Below are positions 1-10,484 of a stretch of DNA of 64,000 nt, piece by piece. The notes under the pieces were generated by a model, which made no database searches, was not told the DNA's origin, and saw nothing but the letters and a program-made list of their open reading frames with translations. Position 1 is the stretch's first letter; every line of letters starts with the position of its first letter. The position numbers and the translations under genes were made by a program. Source of the stretch: Podarcis pityusensis (lineage: Eukaryota); the NCBI GenBank assembly GCA_964106645.2, contig OZ067045.1; one strand, written 5' to 3'.

Positions 1-764
1 GGGTGACCGATGGCTGCGAGTGGGCTGTGGCAGCTACAGTCACATGGAGCCTCCTCAACCGATGGGAGTTTCCTGGCACAGCGAAGATCCGCCAGATCTT
101 AAGCTGGTTCTGGAACCCATTTCTGAAGTCTACAGAGCGTGAACTGCAACCTGAACAGAGCAGGTGCCCAAATCCCAACAAGGAAAGGGGCAGCTGACCC
201 CTTCTCCTTCCTCCCCCCTCCTCGCCACTCCCCTCGGCCAACTTGAAAGATAACAAGCTTATCCGAACTATTTTCAGACCTCGCTTGATCACAAGCTCAG
301 CCCATCACTGGCTGAAGGCCTCGAGTGCCTTTCAGATAGCAGGAACCTGACCTACCACAGCCCCTCTCGATGAAGGGCACCAGGGAGCCACCTCTGGGAA
401 GCAACAGGCACTTGGAAGCTCCCTTCCCTAAGCTTTGCCAACTTAATCTGCAGAAAGAGCTTTGGAGGTATGAAGCAAAGTTCCTTCTAGGGGGATGGGG
501 GGGCAAGAGTTCCTTCCCACCCCCTGCCCAGTCCGGGATGTTGCATAACTGGACCAGCATCCCACAACCCTCCAAAAACTCCAGAGAGATCAAACACATT
601 CACAAAGAAGCTCGTAAAAACTCCTATGCAGACACATCCCTGTTTCTGGCCTAGCAGGGCTATTGTGTGGGTGGGACAAGTGGCTTTTTTTACAATTCTA
701 GGTTGCACATTCCCACCCTCACCCCATCTTGAGAAGAGATGGCAGCGGCTAAGGCAGCCCTTAC

Positions 765-1170
765 CTGACAAAATACATCAGCCCGCTGAGAGTGACGGTC
801 TTGGGTGCGAACGACCAGGGGGGCAGCTGCCCGCAGTTCACCAGGGACCACAGGTCCGACTCGGGGTCATAGCACTGCATGACCATGGACTCCTTGCCGG
901 ACAAGGAGCCGGTGGCGTAGAGCTTTCCGCGGCAGGCGGTGGTGGAGCAATTGTCCATGGGGTAGAGCATGGGCTGCAGAGGCTCCCAGGAGTCCAGCGT
1001 GTGGTCGTAGCGCTCGGTGCTGTCAGAGGCTACCACGTAGAGCAGCCCGTCCAGGACCACGGAGCTGTGGTACTCGCGGGCCTTCAGCATGGGAGACACC
1101 TCCGTCCACTCGTTCACGCTGGAGTTGTAGCGCCAGACGCAGTCGTAGAGTCTCGAGCCGTCGGAACCTC
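765..1170 (-). CDS. KLHL21: KLHL21 coding exon 2 (Kelch repeats); exons 3-4 lie beyond the left edge
   Basis: Translates (G)[56 protein letters not shown]...[16 protein letters not shown], near-identical to KLHL21. AG acceptor at 1172-1171, GTAAG donor from 764; 406 nt, phase 1 to phase 2. Confidence 0.97.
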
Positions 1171-1747
1171 CTAGGGGCAGAGCACCGCATCCCATTAGCA
1201 AGGAATCATTGACCTGTAGAGTTGGAAGGGACCCCAGGGGTCATCTGGCCTGACCCCCAAAAATGCAGGACTCACACACAAGACTGTGGCTCAGGGCACA
1301 TGGTTCACCCTAACGGTTCACTTACGTAAGGCAACAGCTCCATCTAATTGAGCTCCTTTGTACTGCATTAAACCGTGCCTTCTTACAAGCAGCAGCAAAT
1401 CTCCTAAGATTTGGGACAGAGGTATTTCCCCTGGAGAACGCAGAACATGACTTTGATCCATCTTTGATCCACACCAACAAATGCATTTCTTAATTGGGGG
1501 AGAACTGCCCACGTCCTATGTTTGCTTGCAAGCCCAAATGCCCCTCGCTGAGACACCTCAGCGTTCCTTCAAGCAAGACCAGGCTCTGATCAAACCCAGA
1601 AACAAAAAAAGGGTGCGCTAATTTCCTTAGGGAAAATGAGGTACAGGGCCACTATCATCTGTGGCAAAGAGAATCAGCTTCAGGCCTGTGTCCGATGCTC
1701 TCAGACTCTGACAAGAACCAACCTGTAGCTTGGGGAGAGCCGATGGC

Positions 1748-1889
1748 CCTCCTGTGACACGATGGGTCAGTGCGCCTGGCCGTTAACCAGAAGGTTGGTG
1801 GTTCAAGACCACCCAGGAATGGCTGTGGGCAGGATTTGGACCAGATGACCGTCATGATCCCTTCCAACTCTACAATTCTATTCTATGAT
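1748..1889 (+). mobile_element. tRNA-Asn-derived SINE with CR1-type 3' tail
   Basis: Head ...CCGTTAACCAGAAGGTTGGTGGTTCAAGACCACCCAGG resembles vertebrate tRNA-Asn(GTT); tail CCCTTCCAACTCTACAATTCTATTCTATGAT is a CR1-like terminus. Confidence 0.65.
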
Positions 1890-3029
1890 GGAGATGTGGT
1901 ACCCGCCAGGCGTTTGTAGACTACAGCACCCATCCATCCCTCACCTTTAGCTGTTTTGGTTGGGGTGGATAGGAATAGCTGGGATGGGAATATAGGCTAT
2001 CCACCTGTGCTGCACACAGACTTCAGCTGCATCCTTCGTCTGAGGTCTACAGGGCTTAACCATGCTCGAAGAACCTCAGCCTGGCTGATGGGGCAAACTT
2101 CATGGCTTCTCCCCACCAAGAGGAAGACTCCGTTCCTCTGCACATCCCAGTGATCAGCTGTGGGCATGGGACTGGGGCCACCAGCTACCCTTACGAAAGC
2201 TCCTTTCTGGGCCCTGCACATGTATGTTTGCAGGGTTGTGGTGGTCCCCAAAGCTCACTGGGGGAGGCTTTGCTGAGGGAGAAAATGTCTGCCCCAAGGG
2301 CAGCCGCTTGATGGGAATGAGAGAAAATCCTCCTAATGTCCTTTGACAGCTGTATGGAGAACTCCCGCAGGGAAGATTCCCAGGAGGGTGGCTGGTGCTG
2401 GGGCAGAGCACAGAGGCGTCTCGGCTCAGGTGTCTCCTCGCTGGCTCCTAGCACCCGCTCTATAAATAACTTGCAAAGCAATGAACGGGAAGGGGGCGTG
2501 GAGACTCACACAGAGCCCCTTGTTCAGCTTCCTCTCTCCAGCTTCCCAGGAGGAAGGTCAAAACAAACTGGAAGCTCCCCACAAGCTCAAAGGCAGATGC
2601 TGCTGGTGACACATATCATCATCTCTAAGCATCAGCCACACACGCTGGAGCTAAAGAAGGCATGTAAGATTGTCAGAAGAGCCCTGCAGCTGGATCAGGC
2701 CCACTTAGCCAAGCACAGTGACCAGCCAGATGCTTATAGGAAGCTGCAAGCTTCCCAAGAGTGATATGTCTGCAGCCTAACACAGTACAACACATTCAGC
2801 CATACGGCATTATTGACAAGAGGGAAAGGAGAGAGAGTGGATGGAGCCTGTTACCCTGGAGAAGAGCTGCCTGTAGGATTTGGGCAGGAGGGTAGCTAGG
2901 TCCTTAGGGCACAGACCCATGACGCAAATTGGCAGGTGCTAATATGCATGGGTCCCCTTAAGATAATAAGAACTGAACAATACAGCTGTATCTGATCAAT
3001 GGCCTATTTAGTTGCAACTCCTGTTTTCA

Positions 3030-3270
3030 CAGGGGCCAACCAGATGCCCCAATGGAAAGCCCACAAGCGGGACCCAAGCAAAAACTGCCACTCTCCCCAC
3101 TTATTATTGGCCAGCGACTGAAATTCGGAAGCATTGCTGCCTCCATCCCTTAGGCAGAGCCTAGTCAGGGTTGCTAGTAGCCATGGATACCCTTGTTTCC
3201 CCATGAACCTGTCCAATCCTTTCTTAAAGCCATCCAAGTTGGTGGCCATCACCACCTCATGCGGGAGTTC
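3030..3270 (-). mobile_element. CR1 LINE 3' fragment
   Basis: Minus-strand peptide VMATNLDGFKKGLDRFM is typical of the CR1 ORF2 C-terminus. Similar fragments occur near 29600-29760, 31630-31910 and 51050-51130. Confidence 0.7.
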
Positions 3271-3349
3271 CGTGGTTTAGGTGCTGTTCGTGCAGCTTTT
3301 AGAGGGCACCCCTGTGGCAAACTCCTTCAAGCAGGGACCCTCCAGCAAC

Positions 3350-4920
3350 TGGCAGCCCTCCCGTCCCGGCTCACCGGTGACATAGATGTCGTTGCCCAGG
3401 GCGGCGGCGCTGTAGCCTCCTCCGAGGTGCTCGGGGAACTCAGCCAGGTAGCGCCAGTGTCCCGTGCGGGGGTTGAAGCAGTCGACGGTGACGAGCTCGT
3501 CGCAGTCGCGGTCGCAGCCGCCGAGGAGGACGAGGATCTCGGCCAGGCCGGTGGAAGGGCGCGGGCGGAGGCGGGCGCAGGGCGCGCGGTCGTGGCGGTC
3601 CAGGCGGCCGGCCTGGAAGAGGCGCGCCTCGGCCACCAGGCGCAGGCAGGCCTCGGAGCGCGCCACCAGCGGCTCGCCCTCGACGTGGGCCAGGAGGGCG
3701 AAGCGGCGCACAAAGGGCAGCCGGACGTGCGCCAGGAGCTGGGGCAGGAGCGGAGCGCGGGCTGCCGGCTCGGCGCGCACCCAGCGCAGCGCCAGCTCGA
3801 AGGCCGCCTCCTCCTTGGGCACGCGGAGCGCGTCGTCGCGCAGGTACGAGAGCAGCCGCGGCAGCGGGAGGCGCTCCATCTGCGCCGCCAGCTCGCCCTC
3901 GCTCTCGGCGGCGTGGCGCAGGACGCAGCGGCGGGCGGCCGCGGCCAGCGGGGCGCACGCGAAGGCCTCGCCGAACTCCTGCATCTCCAGGGCGGCGGCC
4001 GGCTCCAGGCGCGCCGCTAGCCAGGCCCCGCACGCCGCCTTGACGGCTGGGAATTGGAGCAGGTCGGCGGCGCGCAGCAGGCGCTCGGCCAGCTCCGGCC
4101 CGCCGGGAGACGCCACTCGGCCCGTGTAGGCGAAGTCGAGCAGCAGGGCCAGGCACTCGGGCTCCACGCCGTGCAGCCGCACCCGCGCCGCGCGCGCCTC
4201 CCGCAGCCCGCCGCCGAACATGGCGCGGAAGTAGCCCGAGGCCGCCGCCAGCACTGCCCGGTGGGCGCCGAACTCCCCGCCGCCCGCCAGCAGCGTCACG
4301 TCCAGCAGCGCCCGCTCCGCCCGTAGCGCGCACAGGCCCCGGAGCAGCGCCGACGCGTGCGCCGCCTCCTCCGCCGTCGCCTCTTCGCCCGTCGTCGGCT
4401 CCATTCTCGCCCGCCGCTGAGTCTGACTGCTACCCGACGCCTCCGCGCACCCCTCGGCCGGCTCCTCCCTCGCCTGGGCTGGCGCCGGTCCCGCGCGCGC
4501 TCCGCCTCCTCCGAAGGGCGACGACGGCGCGCCTGGCTGGCTGGCTGCAAGGGAGCCGCTCTCAGTCGCCAAGCAGCTTCGGAGAACACCAGGCTCCTCG
4601 CTGCCGCCCTCCTGCCTCCAAGGGGAGCCGGGGGGGGGGCTCTCGCTTTAGCCTCGGGAAAAGGGCAAGCCTGGGCTCTGGAGAAGGAAGCGTCCGCGAG
4701 CTCCAAGCGAAAGGCCACAGGCGCTCGGCTGGACGTAAAAGGCAAATTGCTTGGAGCCTTCCAAGGCAGTGGCGGCGCCTTTCAGCCTCCACCCGAACCT
4801 TCGCTAACTCTGAAGGGCTCGTGGGTGCGCAGGAAGAAGGCCCAGGGGAAAGGCTAGCGGGATGCGCCTGGCGACAGCCCTCCTTGCATAGCTGCTCGGG
4901 ACATCATAGCTACCCGCTGC
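3350..4920 (-). promoter_or_regulatory. CpG island over KLHL21 exon 1 and promoter
   Basis: Very high GC and dense CpG compared with CpG-depleted flanks. Confidence 0.85.
3375..4404 (-). CDS. KLHL21: KLHL21 coding exon 1 (BTB, BACK, start of Kelch 1), CUL3 substrate adaptor
   Basis: ATG at 4404 in strong Kozak context (agaATGg). BTB motifs LDVTL/AHRAVLAAASGYFRAMF/LLDFAYTG and ...RPRPSTGLAEILVLLGGCDRDCDELVTVDCFNP...LGNDIYVT. GTGAG donor from 3374 joins exon 2 in frame. Confidence 0.95.
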
Positions 4921-5321
4921 TTGGCTACTAGTCACGATGGCTCTAATAGTCCTAAGGCTGTAATGTTTCTGAATGCTTCTTGCTGGAAACCGCAGGAGGA
5001 GAGAGTGACTTTGTGCTGGGGTTTCCAAGAAGGCGGCATCTTGGTGGCCCCTGCCAGAACAATCCTGGACTAGATGGGCCACTGGTCTCATCCAGCTGGC
5101 TTCTTTAATATAATGTTCACTGTCTGCACAACTCACTCCCTAGTGAACATGCATAAGGTCAGGCTCCGTGGTAACAGCTACAATTCCCTCTTGACATTTA
5201 ATTCTGTTGAAGTTATTTTACTGTATTTTCTTTTATATATTGTAGATTTTTAGTATATTTAGTTTTTGTATGCTCCTTTGAGATTTTTCTGAGTACAAAG
5301 TTGCTTATAAACGTTCTAAAG

Positions 5322-5571
5322 CAGAGATCAGCAACCTTTTTCAGCCATGTGCCGGTTCACCGTCCCTCAGACCATGTGGTGGGCCGGGCTATACTTTTGA
5401 AAAAAAATATGAACTAATTCCTATGCCCTACAAATAACCCAGAGATGCATTTAAAATAAAAGGACACATTCTGCTCATATAAAACATGCTGATTCCCGGA
5501 TTGCCCGCGGGCCAGATTTAGAATGCGATTGGGCCAGATCCAGCCCCCGGGCCTTAGGTTGCCTATCCCTG
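5322..5571. mobile_element. Non-autonomous hAT transposon (MITE)
   Basis: Perfect 8-bp TSD TTCTAAAG (5314-5321 and 5572-5579); imperfect TIR CAGAGATCAGCAACC / GGTTGCCTATCCCTG. Confidence 0.85.
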
Positions 5572-6674
5572 TTCTAAAGAAACAAGCCACTGAGTGAGCA
5601 GGGGTTGGGCCAATCTTGTTTTGGGAGTAACTCCCGTTGAACTCAGTGAGGCGGACTCCCAAATAAACGTGAGGCAAGCCTCGTGGACTTTCCTAGGAAA
5701 GGGCCCGTTTCACCACTCTTTCACATTCTGATGCATGCAGAAGATTATGATGCAATAAAGAATTAGTCACTAACACCCCTGTTCTAAATATAGTGGGTGA
5801 TGCTGAGTAAGTCATACCCAGAGGGTGACTTAGCTGGATATCCCCCATCATGGGGAATTAGTGGATCTGGCTCCTAAGCTTAGGACTTCACAGCTCCATA
5901 GTCTGGTGGTGCATTCTAGGTGCACTCAGGTGGGCCCTCTCCAAAAAACAACAACTTAAGCAGTCAAGTACTTCTTTATAGTGCCAAAAGAAAGGGCGAT
6001 AAACAACTCTTGTTCACATGCATCCATTATTATTTGACAAACTAGGACACTCGCACACTTACAGAGGCTGCGAAACCCCTCTCCTCAGAACTAAAAACAA
6101 ATGCAAATTGTTAATGGGTTTTCCCATTACCCCCACCCACTGCAACAACACTGCTTTATTAAGATCTGGAACCTTTTCCCCCAGCACCAAATATGGGGTT
6201 ACAATCTAAAATTCACCCCAGCAAGTGGGAAGATTGCAGTAGGATACATGGCAAAACATGACTTATTATTTCAGTTACACAAACTTGGTGACCTCTTGGT
6301 CCTAAGCAGAGCACGCCTTTTCCATGGAGCTTCCAAACACGCCTGGTTCGAGTTGGGGCCTCAGCATCCGAGCAGCGCACTGCAAGAATGTTGTGCTGAA
6401 GCTCTCCACTCATAGCCTGAGTGTTTTCTCTCACAAAGGCCTCCTCTGTTGCAAGGACACTGCTTCTCTCGGATCTGCAACTGCTGATCAGCACATAACC
6501 ATGTCAGCTGCTTATATAAAGCACACCAGGCCAGATCCCATGGCTGTAAACATCCCAGGAAAACTTTGCAGCCGAGACGTTTGCTTTCCTCAGCTGGGCA
6601 GTTTCCATTTGCTGTGCTGTTAGTACTACCAGTATTTCCCTCCCCGCCCCCCACACCAAAAGAAATATTTGGTT

Positions 6675-6838
6675 TTTTAATAATTTTATTTATAGTTTTC
6701 ATTTATATACATTTCAATGGTTTAGCAATAGTTGTAACATTTCAAACCTCAACTTCCTCCTCTTTCTGCGGTTCCTTAAATTTATTTTAAATTTATTTAT
6801 TTTTATTATTTCCAGCATATTCTAAATTAACTTATTCT
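6675..6838 (-). mobile_element. 5'-truncated L1-like 3' end
   Basis: T-rich tail, AATAAA on minus, flanking direct repeat AAATATTTG on both sides. Confidence 0.45.
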
Positions 6839-6876
6839 AAAATATTTGTTTTATTTTTTAATTGGGCAGTATCCAA

Positions 6877-7180
6877 TGTCACTCACACTCAGACGAGACC
6901 CATGGATAGGCAGAGGCCGCTTTTTGCAATATCTGCATTTATTTACAGATTCCCCAGTGGCTGGTATTAACATAGCAGACCCTGGATCTGTAGTCTCCCA
7001 CTGGGAGAGGGGAGGGGGGAATTAAATCCAGTGGTCCAGGGATTGAAAGGAATCTCCTTAACAAAGGTTAAGGTGCTTGGCCACACTGCCAGGGCCTTTA
7101 AGGCAATCTTTGGCACTGCTGTTAGGTCCCATTAATGTAACAATCAGGAGGCTTGTTGGCAGATCAGACCTGCATTGACA
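6877..7180 (-). mobile_element. Candidate solo LTR
   Basis: TGTCA...TGACA termini, near-TSD CCAA/CCAT, AATAAA on minus near 6940. Confidence 0.4.
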
Positions 7181-7879
7181 CCATCAAAAACCCATAAAAG
7201 CATAAGGTTCAATTAACTCTATATGTGCTGGTCTCCTCTACTGATCTCTCAAGGATGGAAGGGCCCATCTTGTTATTCTTTGTTATTCTTGTTATTCATG
7301 TTTTTAAAAGGCATGCTTATTGCTACTTCTGAAAAACTGAACCACCTTGTGTGCCACCAGAGGCTATGCAACCCCCTCAGGTTTGCATCAGTCTGGGAAC
7401 TGTTCTGTGATTTTTATGACCAATCTCATGGTTGGCATATTCATACTAAATATGATTTTATCCAGCAACATCTATGAACAGCTGATATATTTTGGTATAA
7501 ATATTGTATGAAAGGTGCATCCTACCATGGAACATATTTTATGCTATTCGGTCTTTGCAAAACGTTTTTTAAATTTTACCTTGCACTTTTACCCCTTTTG
7601 TTTTTAATGACTGTTTTTATTAGTTTGACGTTTTGTTTGTTGCATTTGCAAATCTTATATTTAAAAGTTTATAGACACACACACACAAACAATTACAGGG
7701 ACCTCTGAAAGGGCTTCCAATTATTGCGGAGTGTCCTGAAACTTAATGAATTGCGACCTCAATTGTACAAAACAAAAACCTTGCAAGACTTCCTGCGAAC
7801 TTCCAGTGCCTCCCAAACCCCGACTGGGAAATTGCCCACCAGAATCCCTTAAAAGGTGCCAAGCTTCCGGGTGAGTGTC

Positions 7880-8260
7880 ACAAGGCAGAAGCGAGCCAAG
7901 GGACTGACGCGCGTCTGCCCGTCCTCTCCCTTCTTCTCCGCCTCCCTGCTCTCCACTATGTGATCTCTCGCTGGAGCGCAAGGACTACGATTCCCGGCTT
8001 GCCATGCGAGCAGCGCAGGCGCAGTGCTGCCGCCAGACAAGGAGGCTCCTCCCCACTCGGGCGGGCGGGGCGGGGTTTCGGCTCCCTCCCCCGTTGCCGG
8101 TCCCGGGAGGCGCCGCCGCCGCCGCCGCCGCTGTTGGCTTGCCGCCGCCTCCTCCGCCTCCACCTCCTCGCTCGGTCCTCTGATCCCACCCAGCCTGCCA
8201 GCCATGGATTCGGACTCCTGCGCTTCCCCGCCGCCCCCCGAGGTGAGAAGAGCCCCCTTG
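7880..8260 (+). promoter_or_regulatory. PHF13 CpG-island promoter with ZNF143/THAP11-type motif, NRF1-like site and GC boxes
   Basis: ACTACGATTCCCG at 7984-7996 (fits ACTAYRnnnCCCR), GCGCAGGCGCA at 8013-8023, GGGCGGGCGGGGCGGGG at 8059-8075, (GCC)n in the 5'UTR, no TATA box. Confidence 0.75.
8204..8242 (+). CDS. PHF13: PHF13 exon 1 (MDSDSCASPPPPE)
   Basis: gccATGg Kozak start, MDSDSC N-terminus typical of PHF13, GTGAG donor at 8243. Confidence 0.93.
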
Positions 8261-9101
8261 CCCTCCCCCCCAGTGATGGGGTACAAGGAGTCCCGCCCCC
8301 TCCCAACCCCCCTACTGCATATATACCCCCCAGAACCCCCACTTTCTCCTCTCTCTCCCCCAATCTCAGTTTCGGCCCCCCCCCCGCTTTCTCTTCATCC
8401 TTCTCCAAGCCTTCTACCCGCCCCCAGCCCCAGTTCAGGACACCCCCATCCACTGCCCCCCCTCCGCGCAGAACTGGGTCTCTCGCTTGAGGTTGGATGT
8501 ACGCGGGTGGGAGAGGGGGAAGGCGTGGCAGAGTTGAGGGGGTGTCCGGAGCTTCTTTTTTCTCCATTTAAATCTCACCCCCCTTCTCCTCCAGCACACC
8601 TTTTCAAGCCTTCCTCGGCCACTGTTCTCCCCTCCCTTCTTTTAAGGGTGCGATCCTTCTCTGGTCCTTCATCAGCACCCTGGGGTGTGATTGCCCCTGC
8701 CGCCCAGGGCCGGTTGCGATCCGGCTTGCTGGGCAGCCGGTTGCCCCCTCCCCATGCCTGACCCTCACTCCTAATCCCAACAAAGAAGCAGGCTCCCCTC
8801 CAGAAGAAACCTCCCCGCCCCCCCTCCACCGGGCATTGCCCACTTATTGTGATGGCAGGGGGTGGGGAATGGGCAAAAGTCTGCAGTGTGGCGCGGCGCT
8901 TTAAGGGGGTGCTTGCAAAAGTGGGGGTCCCCTCCCCTGCAGCTCCTCCGCCAGTCACCCCTCCCTTTAGCAAAGTTTTTCTCAACGCCCCCCCCCCCCC
9001 GCTTTTTCGCTCTCCGAGTGGCACCTCGCTGGCCCTGCCCTCTTCGAGTCCGTGGCTGACGCCCCCAGTGGTTACGCCCGCCTCTTCCTCCCTCCTTGCA
9101 G

Positions 9102-9203
9102 GATTTTTCTCCCGGATCCAAACGATGCCGCACGGTGGAGGACTTCAACAAGTTTTGCACATTCGTCTTGGCCTACGCGGGGTACATCCCCTACCCGCAA
9201 GAG
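9102..9203 (+). CDS. PHF13: PHF13 exon 2
   Basis: [34 protein letters not shown], the conserved PHF13/PHF23 N-terminal block. Pyrimidine tract plus CAG acceptor, GTATGG donor. Confidence 0.96.
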
Positions 9204-9554
9204 GTATGGACGTCGGAGTGCGGGGTGGAGGCTGCCTTCGGTGCAGCTGGATAATCGGGGCTGGAGGGGAAGGGGCGGGCTCTGCTTCCCAAGATGCGGC
9301 TACGCTGCTGTGCAAGAGTAGGTGTTCTTTTCCCCCAAAGGCTTTCTGGGATTCGGGGCCCTGGCAGACTCCGGTTCATTGGAGGGGGGGGGGGGGTTGT
9401 TTCCGGAGGGCAACGATCGGGGGAGCAAGCAGTGAGTCAGGGAAAGGTAATTTTTTTGTGTGCGAGAATGCCTTTGCAAATGCTGCCTGGGGATTAGGAT
9501 GCGTTTGTGGGATGAAGTGTCAGGAGGTGCTTTTTTCTTGTGCAGATTGGCAGC

Positions 9555-9690
9555 CTCTGCCAACCTTCACCAACCTCCAGAAATTTTGGACTACAATTCC
9601 CATCAGCCCCCATGGGCCATCATGTAGCCATACTGATGGGAGTTGTGGTCCGAAACCCCTGGATAGCCCCATGTTGGCTACACCTGCATT
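9555..9690. mobile_element. Degenerate hAT-type palindromic MITE
   Basis: Fold-back core GGACTACAATTCCCATCAG...CTGATGGGAGTTGTGGTCC; same family as 32640-32775 and 44212-44347. Other old copies near 1895-2010, 14810-14950, 41040-41165 and 60930-61030. Confidence 0.65.
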
Positions 9691-9973
9691 GATAGGGAAG
9701 TGGGAAAGGCTGATCTACAGCTCTTCTGTTCTGTCCTGTCCACCCTGAATGTCCAAACGGACCAGCTGTAGTGTCAAAATGCAGGCAAAACAGTGGAGAT
9801 TCCTGCATTGCAAGGGGCTGGACTAGATGGCCCTTGGGGGGATCCCTTCCAACTTTGCAGTTTTGTGAAATGGTACAGGTGCAATTTAAAACAATTGTTT
9901 GGGTGCTGGGCCCAGTTGCACCTTCCACTTAAAAGGCATGCAGCCTCTGTGAAACTGATTTCTCTTTCTGCAG

Positions 9974-10484
9974 GACGCTTCTGTGCGGAGCGCCCCCAGC
10001 CCCCCCAACAGCACCGGGGGCACCATCGACAGCGACAGTGGGGATGTGGGTGAAGCGAGGCTCCCCTCTGCCCTCTCCTTGTCTGGGAAAGCACAGAAGA
10101 GCTTCAGCCAGCTGACACATCGGAAAGCTTACACCTCCCTCTACCAGTGGGCAAAGCCACAGGGCTTCCTGCTGGGCAGGAAGAAAATGGGGCTCAGGAG
10201 GAAGAGGAAGCTGAAGCGGAGGGAGGTGCTGGGAGGGGAGGAGTCCTATGCGCAGGCGCCCACGAGCCCCTCTTCAGAAGGCGATGCCCACTCCTCCACG
10301 GGCCGCTGCTCGGCATGGGACTCAGACTCGCTCTCCAGTGCCTCGTGCCCGCCAGCGGCCCCACCAGAGGCTCCACGCCTGGTTCAGACGGTAGGCAAGC
10401 GCACCATCATCCGGCAGGGGAAGCAGGTGGTGTTCCGCGACGAGGACGGCAGTGCAGATGACGAGGACATCATGGTGGATTCAG
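9974..10484 (+). CDS. PHF13: PHF13 exon 3 (basic NLS-like stretch, PEST-like region)
   Basis: DASVRSAPSPPNSTGGTIDSD...RRKRKLKRR...GKRTIIRQGKQVVFRDEDGSADDEDIMVDS. CAG acceptor at 9971-9973, GT donor at 10485; 511 nt. Confidence 0.95.

Noticed and set aside
4405-4572. 56-codon N-terminal extension of KLHL21 from a TTG start, as given in the ORF track
   Set aside because: The ATG at 4404 has a strong Kozak context and matches the orthologous start position; an open frame in a GC-rich 5'UTR is unremarkable.
3193-4857. Long overlapping or antisense ORFs (275, 297, 221 and 166 aa) around KLHL21 exon 1
   Set aside because: Expected by-product of extreme GC content and codon bias; low-complexity translations with no recognisable domain.
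7849-9748. Long Pro/Gly-rich ORFs across PHF13 exon 1 and introns 1-2 (e.g. 299 aa at 8849-9748)
   Set aside because: They arise from G/C homopolymer-rich CpG-island sequence, cross real splice sites and run through a MITE.
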